This document shows positions 9,344-17,718 of a DNA stretch of 20,198 nt, in pieces (position 1 is the stretch's first letter; every line of letters begins with the position of its first letter). A program made the position numbers and the translations under genes. Below the pieces are notes generated by a model that worked only from the letters and a program-made list of their open reading frames with translations, did no database searches and had not been told where the DNA came from. The DNA lies in the NCBI RefSeq assembly GCF_006345805.1, contig NW_021824276.1, forward strand, positions 1-20,198, given 5' to 3'. This DNA is from Octopus sinensis (lineage: Eukaryota).

Positions 9344-10460
9344 TTAGGTCGTCAAGTATGAAATTTGTAGTAAGGAATATGGTAAACTTTGACAGCTGCT
9401 CATTTTGTACCATTGTTATATTTTGACGATCTTTATTTTTTGTTAGAAAGCTGACACATCTATTTCATTATTCTAACTCATTATGCGCTTTATAAAATAT
9501 TTATAATCATTTTTTGCTGTTTTTTGTCTTTAGAGATGGATAAGTCGGAAATTCGTACGGTTTTGAAATATGAGTTCTTTCTTGGAAATACAGCATCACA
9601 GACAGCTCGGAATATTAATGGAGTATTTCATTCTAATGTTATTATACAGCAGACAGTATCGAATTGGTTTTCAAAATTTAGATCTGGTAACTTTGACCTC
9701 ACAAATGAGCAATACGGTCGACCAGAAACAAAGGTGGATAATGACGAACGAAAAGCCACCGTCACGTCAGATCCATCTCAAAGTGCCCGTGAATTATCGT
9801 TGTTGTTTGGTGTTAGCAAGCGAACTACATTGACTCACCTAGTTCAAATCGGTAAAGTGAAAAAGTTGGATAAGTGGGTTCCACATGAACTCAATGAAAA
9901 TCAGAAACAGCAACGTTTGAAAGCCTGCATTATGCTACTTTCTCGTCACAAAAATGAATTATTTTTGAATCGAATTGTAACATGTGATAACAAATGGATC
10001 CAATACAACAACCGTAAACGGCCAGCACAATGGTTGGACAAAGACGAGCCACCAAAACACAGTCCAAAAAGCAAAATTCATCAAAAGAAGGTGATGGTGT
10101 GTGTTTGGTGGTCTGGCGCAGGTGTGGTCCATTGTGATTTCATTAAACCTGGCTCATCAATCACGGCTGAAGTATACTGCAGCCAAATGGACCAAATGAT
10201 GCAGAAACTTACAAAAAACAGCCTACATTAGTCAACAGATCCGCACCTATTTTATTGCGAGACAACGCCTGACCTCACATCGCAAAAATGACATTGGTGC
10301 AACTACAGGTGTTGGAGTTGAAAGTTCTCCATCATCCACCATACTCACCTGATCTCGCCCCCACTGACTACCACTTCTTCCAGAATTTGGATAATCTTTT
10401 GATTGGAAAAAATTTATTTCCGACGATGCTGTAAAACAGGCCTTCCAAGATTTTATTGAA
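9344..10460 (+). mobile_element. Mariner (DD34D) transposon, 5' end present, 3' end lost at a SINE insertion
   Basis: TA at 9342-9343 followed by TTAGGTCGTCAAG (mariner-like TTAGGT terminus), then the transposase pseudogene. No matching 3' TIR seen downstream. Confidence 0.85.
9536..10460 (+). pseudogene. Mariner transposase pseudogene (Hsmar1/SETMAR-like transposase domain)
   Basis: MDKSEIRTVLKYEF...WVPHEL...IVTCDNKW...KKVMVCVWW, then after a frameshift near 10215 LLRDNA*PH...HPPYSPDLAPTDYHFF. There are 34 residues between the second and third catalytic D. A second frameshift lies near 10410, and the reading ends QAFQDFIE at the SINE. Confidence 0.93.
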
Positions 10461-10732
10461 GGCGGCAGAAATGTTAGCACGTCGGACGAAATGTTTAGCG
10501 GTATATATATATACTGGGCGTTAGCACACCGGGCGAAATGCTTAGCGGTATTTCGTCTGTCGTTACGTTCTGAGTTCAAATTCCGCCGAGGTCGACTTTG
10601 CCTTTCATCCTTTCGGGGTCGATAAATTAAGTACCAGTTACGCACTGGGGTCGATATAATCGACTTAATACCTATGTCTCTCCTTGTTTGTCCCCTCTAT
10701 GTTTAGCCCCTTGTGGGTAATAAAGAAATAAG
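10459..10732 (+). mobile_element. SINE family A, tail type 1, with duplicated head
   Basis: AAGGCGGCAGAAATGTTAGCAC... (truncated head), (TA)n, then a second head CGTTAGCACACCGGGCGAAATGCTTAGCGG, B-box GAGTTCAAATTCC, and tail TAGCCCCTTGTGGGTAATAAAGAAATA. Confidence 0.92.
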
Positions 10733-10766
10733 TATATATATATATATATATATATTGGGGTGGTGA

Positions 10767-10870
10767 GTGTTCCCCACCACCGCTTAACACTCAGTGTTGG
10801 TATGTTTACGTTCCAAAAACTTAACAGTTCGGCAAAAGAGACCGGTAGAGTAAGTACAAGGCTCAAAAAA
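10767..10870 (+). mobile_element. SINE family B internal/3' fragment
   Basis: TGTTGGTATGTTTACG...TTAACAGTTCGGCAAAAGAGACCGGTAGAGTAAGTACAAGGCT matches the reverse complement of 2745-2805. Confidence 0.75.
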
Positions 10871-10871
10871 T

Positions 10872-10889
10872 TAATAATGATAATAATAA

Positions 10890-10939
<50 letters not shown>

Positions 10940-11958
10940 ATGATAATTTCTTTTATTGGTCACAGGGGCCCAAGACATGGAGGACAACGTCGATGGACGA
11001 GTCACAGCGCAAAACAAAATTACAAAAACAAAAAAACATATTGAGTTAACATCAATCGAAGGGAGATGCTACTAACAAAAGGATATATCAGAGGATATAT
11101 AATAGAAAGTATAGAATATAATAGAACATTTTAAAAAATAGATAGAATTCCCAACAACGGGGCAGTCCACTTAGGGTAATCCGGGATAAACTCCACACAA
11201 AAATCCCGGATTATTCTGTCATCCCCAACAGATGGGAAAGTAACCCCTTCCAGTTTCTCTCCCCCCTGTTTAGAAAAGCATATTCAGAGTAGATCCATTC
11301 AGTCTCACCAGTCTTGCCACTGTCGACCATCTTTTGATAAACTCACTAGAAGGTAGCACCTCCCTCTCTACCTTCACCCTCCTCTTTAAATGATATTTGA
11401 AGAAATTGTGGGGTTTTGGCCAGATAGGAATGTGCCTGTCTTCAAACCTTTCAGACGGGTCGAACACACAGCCTCTTTTGCCACAGCCACTAAACGGAAA
11501 TCTATAGATTTCTTGAATCGTTTTGCTACTAACGGTTTTGGGCAGCTAGTACAATGCAGTGAGCGCCTGACAACATTCTAGATGCCAAACGCCCAACCTT
11601 GCTCTACGTTTGACCCATGACTGCAGCTCTGTCAATGAGATGAGCTGCGGAAAGACGTGTCGTACAAAAGATGCTCAGCCCAGTTCACCCTAATTTTCAT
11701 CGTTGTTAGCGTCGTCGTCCACATAATCGCAATGATTTAGACATTTCTGTAGGTGCGACAGCCTCAAAGCGTGGCACTGCATCATTAAGGATCGCATTCC
11801 TAGACCACCACGGTGTGGGTGTTATCAGTAGATGGAATCTCTGACCAGCGGAACCTAATTCTTCCATAAGAATCAGAAAAGCAAACGCTCCAATTTGGTC
11901 AGAGTTTTCTTAGGACAAGGTGCGAAGGCTAGGCAGTAGTACACTACGAAGGCGATAT
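10872..11958 (-). mobile_element. 5'-truncated, decayed Tx1/L1-clade LINE (post-RT ORF2, 3' UTR and (TAC/TAT)n tail)
   Basis: Minus strand reads YIAFVVYYCLAFAPCPKKTLTKLERLLF*FLWKN*VPLVRDSIY**HPHRGGLGM (L1-type FLW...GGLG motif), ...FVRHVFPQLISLTELQSWVK..., then RLVAVAKEAVCSTRLKGLK and FFKYHLKRRVKVERE...RW...MLF*. The UTR ends CCCCTGTGACCAATAAAAGAAAT plus a trinucleotide tail. Multiple stops and frameshifts, and an apparent internal deletion near 11505. Confidence 0.85.
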
Positions 11959-12024
11959 ATGCATTTAATAATGATAATATTAAGTACGGGAGTTATTTTA
12001 TTCGACCAAGGAAATTCTTCATGG

Positions 12025-12138
12025 CTTTAACTTTCATCGTTTCAGGGTCGATGAAACGAGTACCATTTGAGCACTAGAGTCAATGCAATCGACTTCTTCT
12101 TTTCACAAAATTTCAGCCCTTGTCCCTGTAGTAAAAAC
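12025..12138 (+). mobile_element. Degenerate SINE family A 3' half, tail type 2
   Basis: CTTTCATCGTTTCAGGGTCGATGAAACGAGTACCA...GTCAATGCAATCGAC...AAAATTTCAGCCCTTGTCCCTGTAGTAAAAA. Confidence 0.75.
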
Positions 12139-12150
12139 GTTTATTATACA

Positions 12151-12359
12151 TTATGGAGATCGTGTGCTGGAACGAAAACAATTGCAGCGTGGAAGGTGTT
12201 TATAAGCCATTTAAGAAGCACAAAATCCGTTAGATTCACTTCAACATTTAAATTTAATTTGTCAAAATATTTTCGCGCTTTGAGACCGCGACCTGTTCAC
12301 TGACAAAATTCTGTGCAGCACAGAACGGCTTATAAACACTTTCCACGCTGCAATTGTTT
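12151..12359. mobile_element. Small insertion with a 36-bp inverted repeat and 12-bp flanking direct repeat; probable Penelope-like element terminal fragment
   Basis: Inverted arms at 12176-12211 and 12324-12359 (34/36). GTTTATTATACA at 12139-12150 and 12356-12367. Internal hammerhead-like motif at 12258-12307. Confidence 0.6.
12258..12307 (-). ncRNA. Candidate minimal type-I hammerhead ribozyme with variant G3-C8 core
   Basis: Minus strand: TTTGTCA-GTGAACA-GGTCGCGGTCTCAAAGCGC-GAAA-ATATT-T-TGACAAA. Stem I is a perfect 7 bp, stem III is the palindrome AATATT, and the putative cleavage triplet is UUU. Stem II is imperfect. Fold inferred by eye. Confidence 0.5.
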
Positions 12360-12591
12360 ATTATACAGAGAGTAAAGAAGAAAGCTAACAATAAAGCAAC
12401 ACAAAAATATAGCCAGAATGGCCGTTAGTGTTCCACTCACTAGTGTCATTTTAAGGCACGGTCACGTTGGTGTCAAATGGGTCCGGGTTACCCGTGAGAC
12501 CCAGCATAGCTCTGGAGGTCCTGCACTAATCGATGCATGTTGTGGCTTTCTGTCGGCAAATTATAATAGAGGACTCAATAAAGCAGTAAAT

Positions 12592-12778
12592 TAGCAGAAT
12601 CGACAGCACGCTGGACAGCATTTCGTCTCTGTTCACATTCTGAGTTCAAATTCCGCTGAGGTCGACCTTGCCTTCATCTTTAGAGATCGATAAAATAAAT
12701 ACCAGTTGAACACTGGGGTCGATGTAATTGACTCACTCCTCCCCTGAGATTATTGGCCTTGTCACGAAATTCGAAACC
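12592..12778 (+). mobile_element. SINE family A, tail type 3, degenerate
   Basis: TAGCAGAATCGACAGCACGC...CTGAGTTCAAATTCCGCTGAGGTCGACCTTGCC...CACTGGGGTCGATGTAATTGAC...GGCCTTGTCACGAAATTCGAAACC. Confidence 0.85.
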
Positions 12779-12835
12779 GATTGTATAGGACTTAGTGCTT
12801 TGGCGTTGGTTTGCTAAGGCCACTAACGTTTTTAA

Positions 12836-13075
12836 GACAGCTTTGCTTCAGTGGTTAGGGTGTTGCACTCATGACTATAAGGTCTTGGTTTCAATTCCTG
12901 GACCGAGCGATCCGCTGCGCTCTTGAGCAAAACACTACATTTCACGTTGCTCCTTTCTACTTAGCTACCAGAAATGAGTAATCCTGCGATGGACTGGCGT
13001 CCCGTCCAGTGGCATGGGAAATATATTCGCCACAGAATCCGAGAAATCGGCATCATAAGCCTATGGGCTCGAGAA
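12836..13075 (+). mobile_element. tRNA-derived SINE, family D
   Basis: CAGTGGTTAGGGTGTTGCACTCA...GGTTTCAATTCCTGG (A/B-box-like), central CTTGAGCAAAACACTACATTTCACGTTGCTC shared with 16500-16711, then CCTGCGATGGACTGGCGTCCCGTCCAG. Confidence 0.75.
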
Positions 13076-13366
13076 GGATCTCTGATCTTTTTGGTTTGCC
13101 TGGTGCCTCTTTCCTGATAATTTCATATCAATTCCTGGAACCACTAATACTGTTATGTCTTCCCCTCCTCTTCCCGCATTATTTTTGGGGTTGTTTGTTG
13201 CAGTTGTCATTATCGTCGTTATTTTTGGTGGTGGTGTTTGGGTCTCATGTCAACCCTAGAGCGCGTTGTTAGGGCAACCTGACTCGTACTTCATGGTTTT
13301 CGTTTTGTCGTAGTTGCTTTACTCCTATGTCAACCTCTGGTGCAAATGCTGTTAAGACGGCCCTTA

Positions 13367-13493
13367 TTTCCCACCTCATTCCCTTCGTTGTTTTCGATAT
13401 TGTAATTTTAGTATCATGTACCCCGGGAAAATGATGTTTAATTCCCACTTCATTCCCTTCATTGTTTATGCTCTTGTAATTTTAGTATCATGT
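13367..13493. repeat. 53-nt direct repeat (13367-13419 and 13441-13493)
   Basis: 46/53 identical; both end TTGTAATTTTAGTATCATGT. Confidence 0.85.
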
Positions 13494-14014
13494 CAAACCC
13501 TGATCAACATGGGTCCCATTCACGAACATCCAACCCTTTTTCAGGAGCATCGCGCATCCAGCGCTACAATACCTAATGTGTTCCACACACACACACACCA
13601 CACACACACACACACACACACCACAGACGCACGAATGCACACACACACCTTACCTAAGACAGTAGCGTTGGAATCTGGTAGATGATCTCCCCACCCACTA
13701 TTCCCTATCCTGCTAAACATTTCTTCAAATCTGTTAGTCCAAGTTAGTCCCTTCTTCTCAACACCTTGAGCCTAGATAGACGCCTGCCTCGTTCTGCGTA
13801 TTGTGTGTGAACGTAACTAGAAGCATTTCTAATAGTTAGTATCTATTTTGAAGTGGTGGGCTTCAGCCGTCGCGCAGTTTACCGGCACAAAAAAAAAAGA
13901 AATAAGGAAAAAATACAAAAAAAAAAAGAAAAACAAACCCATAAGAATAAAATAACTAATTTAGCGAAACTAATTTGATGAGCAAGTTTCAGCTGAAGCA
14001 TGAGATCGACGTTG

Positions 14015-14201
14015 GAGTAAATATGGAGGAGAAAGAGAAAGAGAGGTAGAGTCAGAGAGGGAGAGAGGAAGAGAGAAAGGAAGTGGAAGAGTGAGGGGGA
14101 GTAGAGAGCGGGAAATTGATAGGTAAAGACAGAAAAGGAGAGAAAGAGATGTGGGAGAGAAAATAAGTTAGGTCTAGATTCCCCCTCCCCCCACACATAT
14201 G

Positions 14202-14250
<49 letters not shown>

Positions 14251-14270
14251 TAATATATATTTACGTATAT

Positions 14271-14304
<34 letters not shown>

Positions 14305-14405
14305 CATATACATGTATATATACACACACATATATATGTGTATATATTTACATGTATACACACACATACACATATATATGTGTATGTGTGTGTGCATGTG
14401 TGTGC
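14015..14405. repeat. Purine-rich (GA) tract followed by (TA)n/(CA)n/(TG)n microsatellites
   Basis: Directly visible. Confidence 0.85.
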
Positions 14406-14650
14406 CTGTATAACAAGAGAAAGAGGGGCGGTAGAGAGGATGCCGGGGCAAATACAAACAGACTGCATGGCACCCCGTCTCTGTAAATGTCAGCTTTGTT
14501 TCCGTGGCTAAAGTATTTATCTAATTAATGCAATGAACAACAAAAATCTAATTAGAAATACTACTGAGACGACCGAGGAAAAGAACAGTAACTTCATGAC
14601 TGATATTATTTGAATCGGGCCTTGTGCCTAGAGTTGAAAACAACGTTTTG

Positions 14651-15167
14651 AAGGCAGCGAGCTGGCAGAAACGTTAGCACGCCGGGCGAAATGCTTAGCG
14701 GTATTTCGTCTGCCGTTACGTTCTGAGTTCAAATTCCGCCGAGGTCGACTTTGCCTTTCATCCTTTCGAGGTCGATAAATTCAGTACCAGTTACGCACTG
14801 CGGTCGAAGTAATCGATGTAATCCGTTTGTCTGTCCTTGTTTGTCCTCTCTGTGTTTAGCCCCTTATGGGTACTAAAGAAATAGGTATTTCGTGTGCCGC
14901 TACGTTCTGATTTCAAATTCCGCCGAGATCGATTTTGCCTTTTATCCTTTCGGGGTCGATAAATTAAGTACCAGTTACGCACTGGGGTCGATATAATCGT
15001 CTTAATTCGTTTGTCTGTCCTTGTTTGCCCCCTCTGTGTGTAGCCCCTTGTGGACAGTAAAGAAATAAGAAACGTTAACACGCCGACCGAAATGCTTAGC
15101 GGTATTTCGTCTGTCTTTTCGTTCTGAGTTCTAATCGACTGGCCCCTTCCCCAAAAAAATTTCGGGC
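14651..15167 (+). mobile_element. Head-to-tail trimer of SINE family A (14651-14884 full, 14885-15067 5'-truncated, 15068-15167 truncated with internal deletion and tail 2)
   Basis: Three successive occurrences of GTATTTCGT...GTTCTGA(G/T)TTC. Units 1 and 2 end in ...TAAAGAAATA. Confidence 0.92.
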
Positions 15168-15194
15168 TTTTTTTTTAACAATTAGGGAAGACAA

Positions 15195-15235
15195 CTTCAG
15201 ACATGTTTTAGTCTTATTTTGCCTCTTCAGTGAAG
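15195..15235 (-). ncRNA. Degenerate minimal type-I hammerhead ribozyme motif (Penelope-type)
   Basis: Minus strand: CTTCA-CTGAAGA-GGCAAAATAAGAC-T-AAA-ACATGT-C-TGAAG. Canonical CUGANGA, stem I 5 bp (plus 2 G-U), palindromic stem III ACATGT and a GUC site. The expected C-GAAA reads T-AAAA, so it is probably inactive. Confidence 0.55.
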
Positions 15236-15413
15236 CCTAGAGACTACCCTACTCGTCATTTTATGTTTTATGCTCTATATTAGAGGTTCTTTAATAGAAG
15301 AGCATAGAAAAATGTCTTGTGGTGTTTAGTTTCGCCTTTTTAAGTTCCTAGTTCATGAAAGACTTTGCTTCAACCTTACTTGAGTTAATAATTTAAAGTA
15401 GATACCGCGTGAT

Positions 15414-15735
15414 GGGGTCGATAAAAGAAGTACTAGTCAAGTACTATGACCGATAAAATCAAGTACTAGTCAAGTATCAGCCAAGAATTGGTATCTATAA
15501 AATAATGTACCGTTGTAGTATTGTGGTCGATGAAACAATGTTCCACTCAAGTACCGAGATCGATAAAGTGATGTACCAATTCATAAGTTTTCTATAAAAT
15601 AAAACGCTACTGAAGTACTGCGATTGGAAAAATAAAGTACTGTTCAAGTACATTGATCGTTGAACGAATGTACTAATCAAGGAGAGCAGTTAATAAAATA
15701 TAGTACCAGTGAAGTACTGGGGATTGATAAAAACG
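15414..15735 (+). repeat. Degenerate ~32-33-nt minisatellite derived from the SINE-A central segment
   Basis: About 10 units such as GGGGTCGATAAAAGAAGTACTAGTCAAGTACT, GTGGTCGATGAAACAATGTTCCACTCAAGTACC and GCAGTTAATAAAATATAGTACCAGTGAAGTACT, compared with the SINE segment GGGGTCGATAAATTAAGTACCAGTTACGCACT. Confidence 0.75.
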
Positions 15736-16429
15736 TTTTGAGAACAAGTGGTATTTTACAAATGTCCCCTCTGTATGTTTGGCAAAAAGAAAAAGACAAT
15801 GGAGAGCATTGGAAAAATATCTTACAATATATAATTTCATCGTTTTGCGTTCTCAGTTCAAATCCTACAATGATAGATTTTGCTTTTCTTCTTGGGTCGA
15901 TATAGTAAAGTATCTGCCGTGGAATAGAGGCGATAAAATAATGTATTAATAGAGTGCTGGGGCTAAGACAGTGAACTGCACCTAGACTGCGATTTCAGGA
16001 AAATTTGGAAGAGTTACCCCTTCGAAACTACTCCCAGGTCCATTCTGACCAGGGTGGCAGTATCTGTCAGGGCACCTATTATGGCTCAAATAGCAAAAGA
16101 TGGTCCTACAACTAAAGCACACAAGATTCGGAGGAGGGTTGGTTCCCTAGATGTTATACAGGCCCAACAGTATATGGACATCATGTCACCTGAGCTTGCC
16201 TAAGTCCCCTATCATAAATATTAAATAGGCCTTGTATCTTAAGTATAATCTCGGAAGAACTGAAGACTAGCAGAATAAGCTGTAAATTAGGGTTAGCAAA
16301 GAAATTAAGATTGATTTCCTGATTTAGTGGTGTGGTCTGAAACGATTTTGAGTGTTATTGTTATTTATCAATTTCGTTAAGTATTTTCATCAAATTTTTT
16401 TAAATGATGGTAGTCTCTCGTAATCCGGG

Positions 16430-16711
16430 AAAGACGGTTCTGCAAAGACGGTTCTGATTTGTTCATAGTGATCGGGAAAGACGGTTCTGATTTGTTCATG
16501 GTGATCATGCTGTACATTAGTTCACTCTCTCCATCAAATTAACGTTGCCTGAACAGGTGCAAGGTGTACAACACGTCAGGTGTAGAAGCGAGCGCAGAGC
16601 AGCGTGAAATGAAGTGTTTTTCTCAAGAACACAACGCACCATCCGGGCCAGGAATTGATACCACGATCTCGCGATTGTGAGTACAACACTCTAACCACTA
16701 GGCCATGCGCC
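16430..16711 (-). mobile_element. tRNA-derived SINE, family D, different tail from 12836-13075, with 3' tandem stutter
   Basis: Minus head GGCGCATGGCCTAGTGGTTAGAGTGTTGTACTCAC...GTATCAATTCCTGG and central TTCTTGAGAAAAACACTTCATTTCACGCTGCTC. The 3' boundary is uncertain. Confidence 0.75.
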
Positions 16712-17044
16712 ATAACATTTATCGAATATCTCTTGTCAAAACGCGGTAGTAACTAATAAGAACGAAATATGTTTTATTTCATTTTAGAAATTTATATGAT
16801 GGGAGTCAATTAGTTATCAACAATTCACTGAAAGGGTTGATGATATAAGCCGTCAACCAAATTCGGCTTTCAGACAAATCAGCAAAAGGTTACGAAGAAA
16901 CGCAAGATAACAGAAAACAAAATGTATCTTCAGTCTCAACCATAGAGGTTCAAGATGGCCGATGACGGTAAAACAAGCGTGGACTATGAAGAATGACTGT
17001 GATGTGGGGTACATTGATTGTATCCCTTCCTCAATATGTACCTA

Positions 17045-17275
17045 TTTCTTTACTACCAACAAGGGGCTAAACACAGAGAGGACAAACAAGGACAGACAAA
17101 CGGATTAAGTGGATTATATCGACCCCAGTGCGTAACTGCTACTTAATTTATCGACCCCGAAAGGATGAAAGGCAAAGTCGACCTCGGCGGGATTTGAACT
17201 CAGAACTTAAAGACAGACGAAATACCGCTAGACATTTCGCCCGGCGTGCTAACGTTTCTGCCAGCTCGCCGCCTT
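17045..17275 (-). mobile_element. Full-length SINE family A, tail type 1, with a 12-bp target-site duplication
   Basis: Head AAGGCGGCGAGCTGGCAGAAACGTTAGC (A-box-like TGGCAGAAACG), B-box GAGTTCAAATCCC, complete tail. TCAATATGTACC at 17031-17042 and 17278-17289. Confidence 0.95.
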
Positions 17276-17679
17276 CTTCAATATGTACCCTTGTACCTAA
17301 GTGGGGAGTAGGACAGAATCAGTGGATTTTCTTACAAAACGTTTTATGGTGTTTAGTGGCTGTTTTATTTTATTTTGTTTTATTTTATTTTATTCTACCT
17401 TTGTGTGTTTCAACCCTGCCGCAAGCGATTTTCCGGTTCATTCTCTCGTGCTCAAAAAATATAAAGTACTTGCAACGTACTGGAGTAGATAGATTTAACT
17501 AAACCTGTTCTTCTCAAACGTGTGACCTTGTGTCTATTTTGTTTTTCTGAATTGTAAAAGAGAAGAGGCCTTGTCTTGGGTACGAGTATTTCCTATTTGA
17601 AAATGCTGGAAACACAATACAGAAATTATACCAAACTGTCTATGTATTTATCTATCTTCATAAATATTTAAATACACGC

Positions 17680-17680
17680 A

Positions 17681-17718
<38 letters not shown>

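Noticed and set aside
13950-14035. Possible minus-strand exon downstream of a long polypyrimidine tract
   Set aside because: An acceptor-like TTCAG exists, but there is no convincing donor or recognisable peptide. The pyrimidine tract is a GA/CT low-complexity repeat.
15414-15735. CRISPR-like appearance of ~33-nt periodicity
   Set aside because: There is no constant repeat alternating with unique spacers and no cas genes, the context is eukaryotic, and the units match a SINE segment.
16020-16125. Possible fragment of another interspersed repeat (CCCAGGTCCATTCTGACCAGGG)
   Set aside because: It is single copy in the window with no boundaries or boxes, so it cannot be supported without a library search.
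16260-16300. CTGAAGA followed by the TAGC/GCTG hairpin as a hammerhead
   Set aside because: GAAA is replaced, there is no palindromic stem III, and no stem I pairing can be drawn.
17128-17502. [24 protein letters not shown] (and similar ORFs at 6043, 10247-10645, 14791)
   Set aside because: These are recurring translations of the antisense strand of SINE family A, not a gene family.
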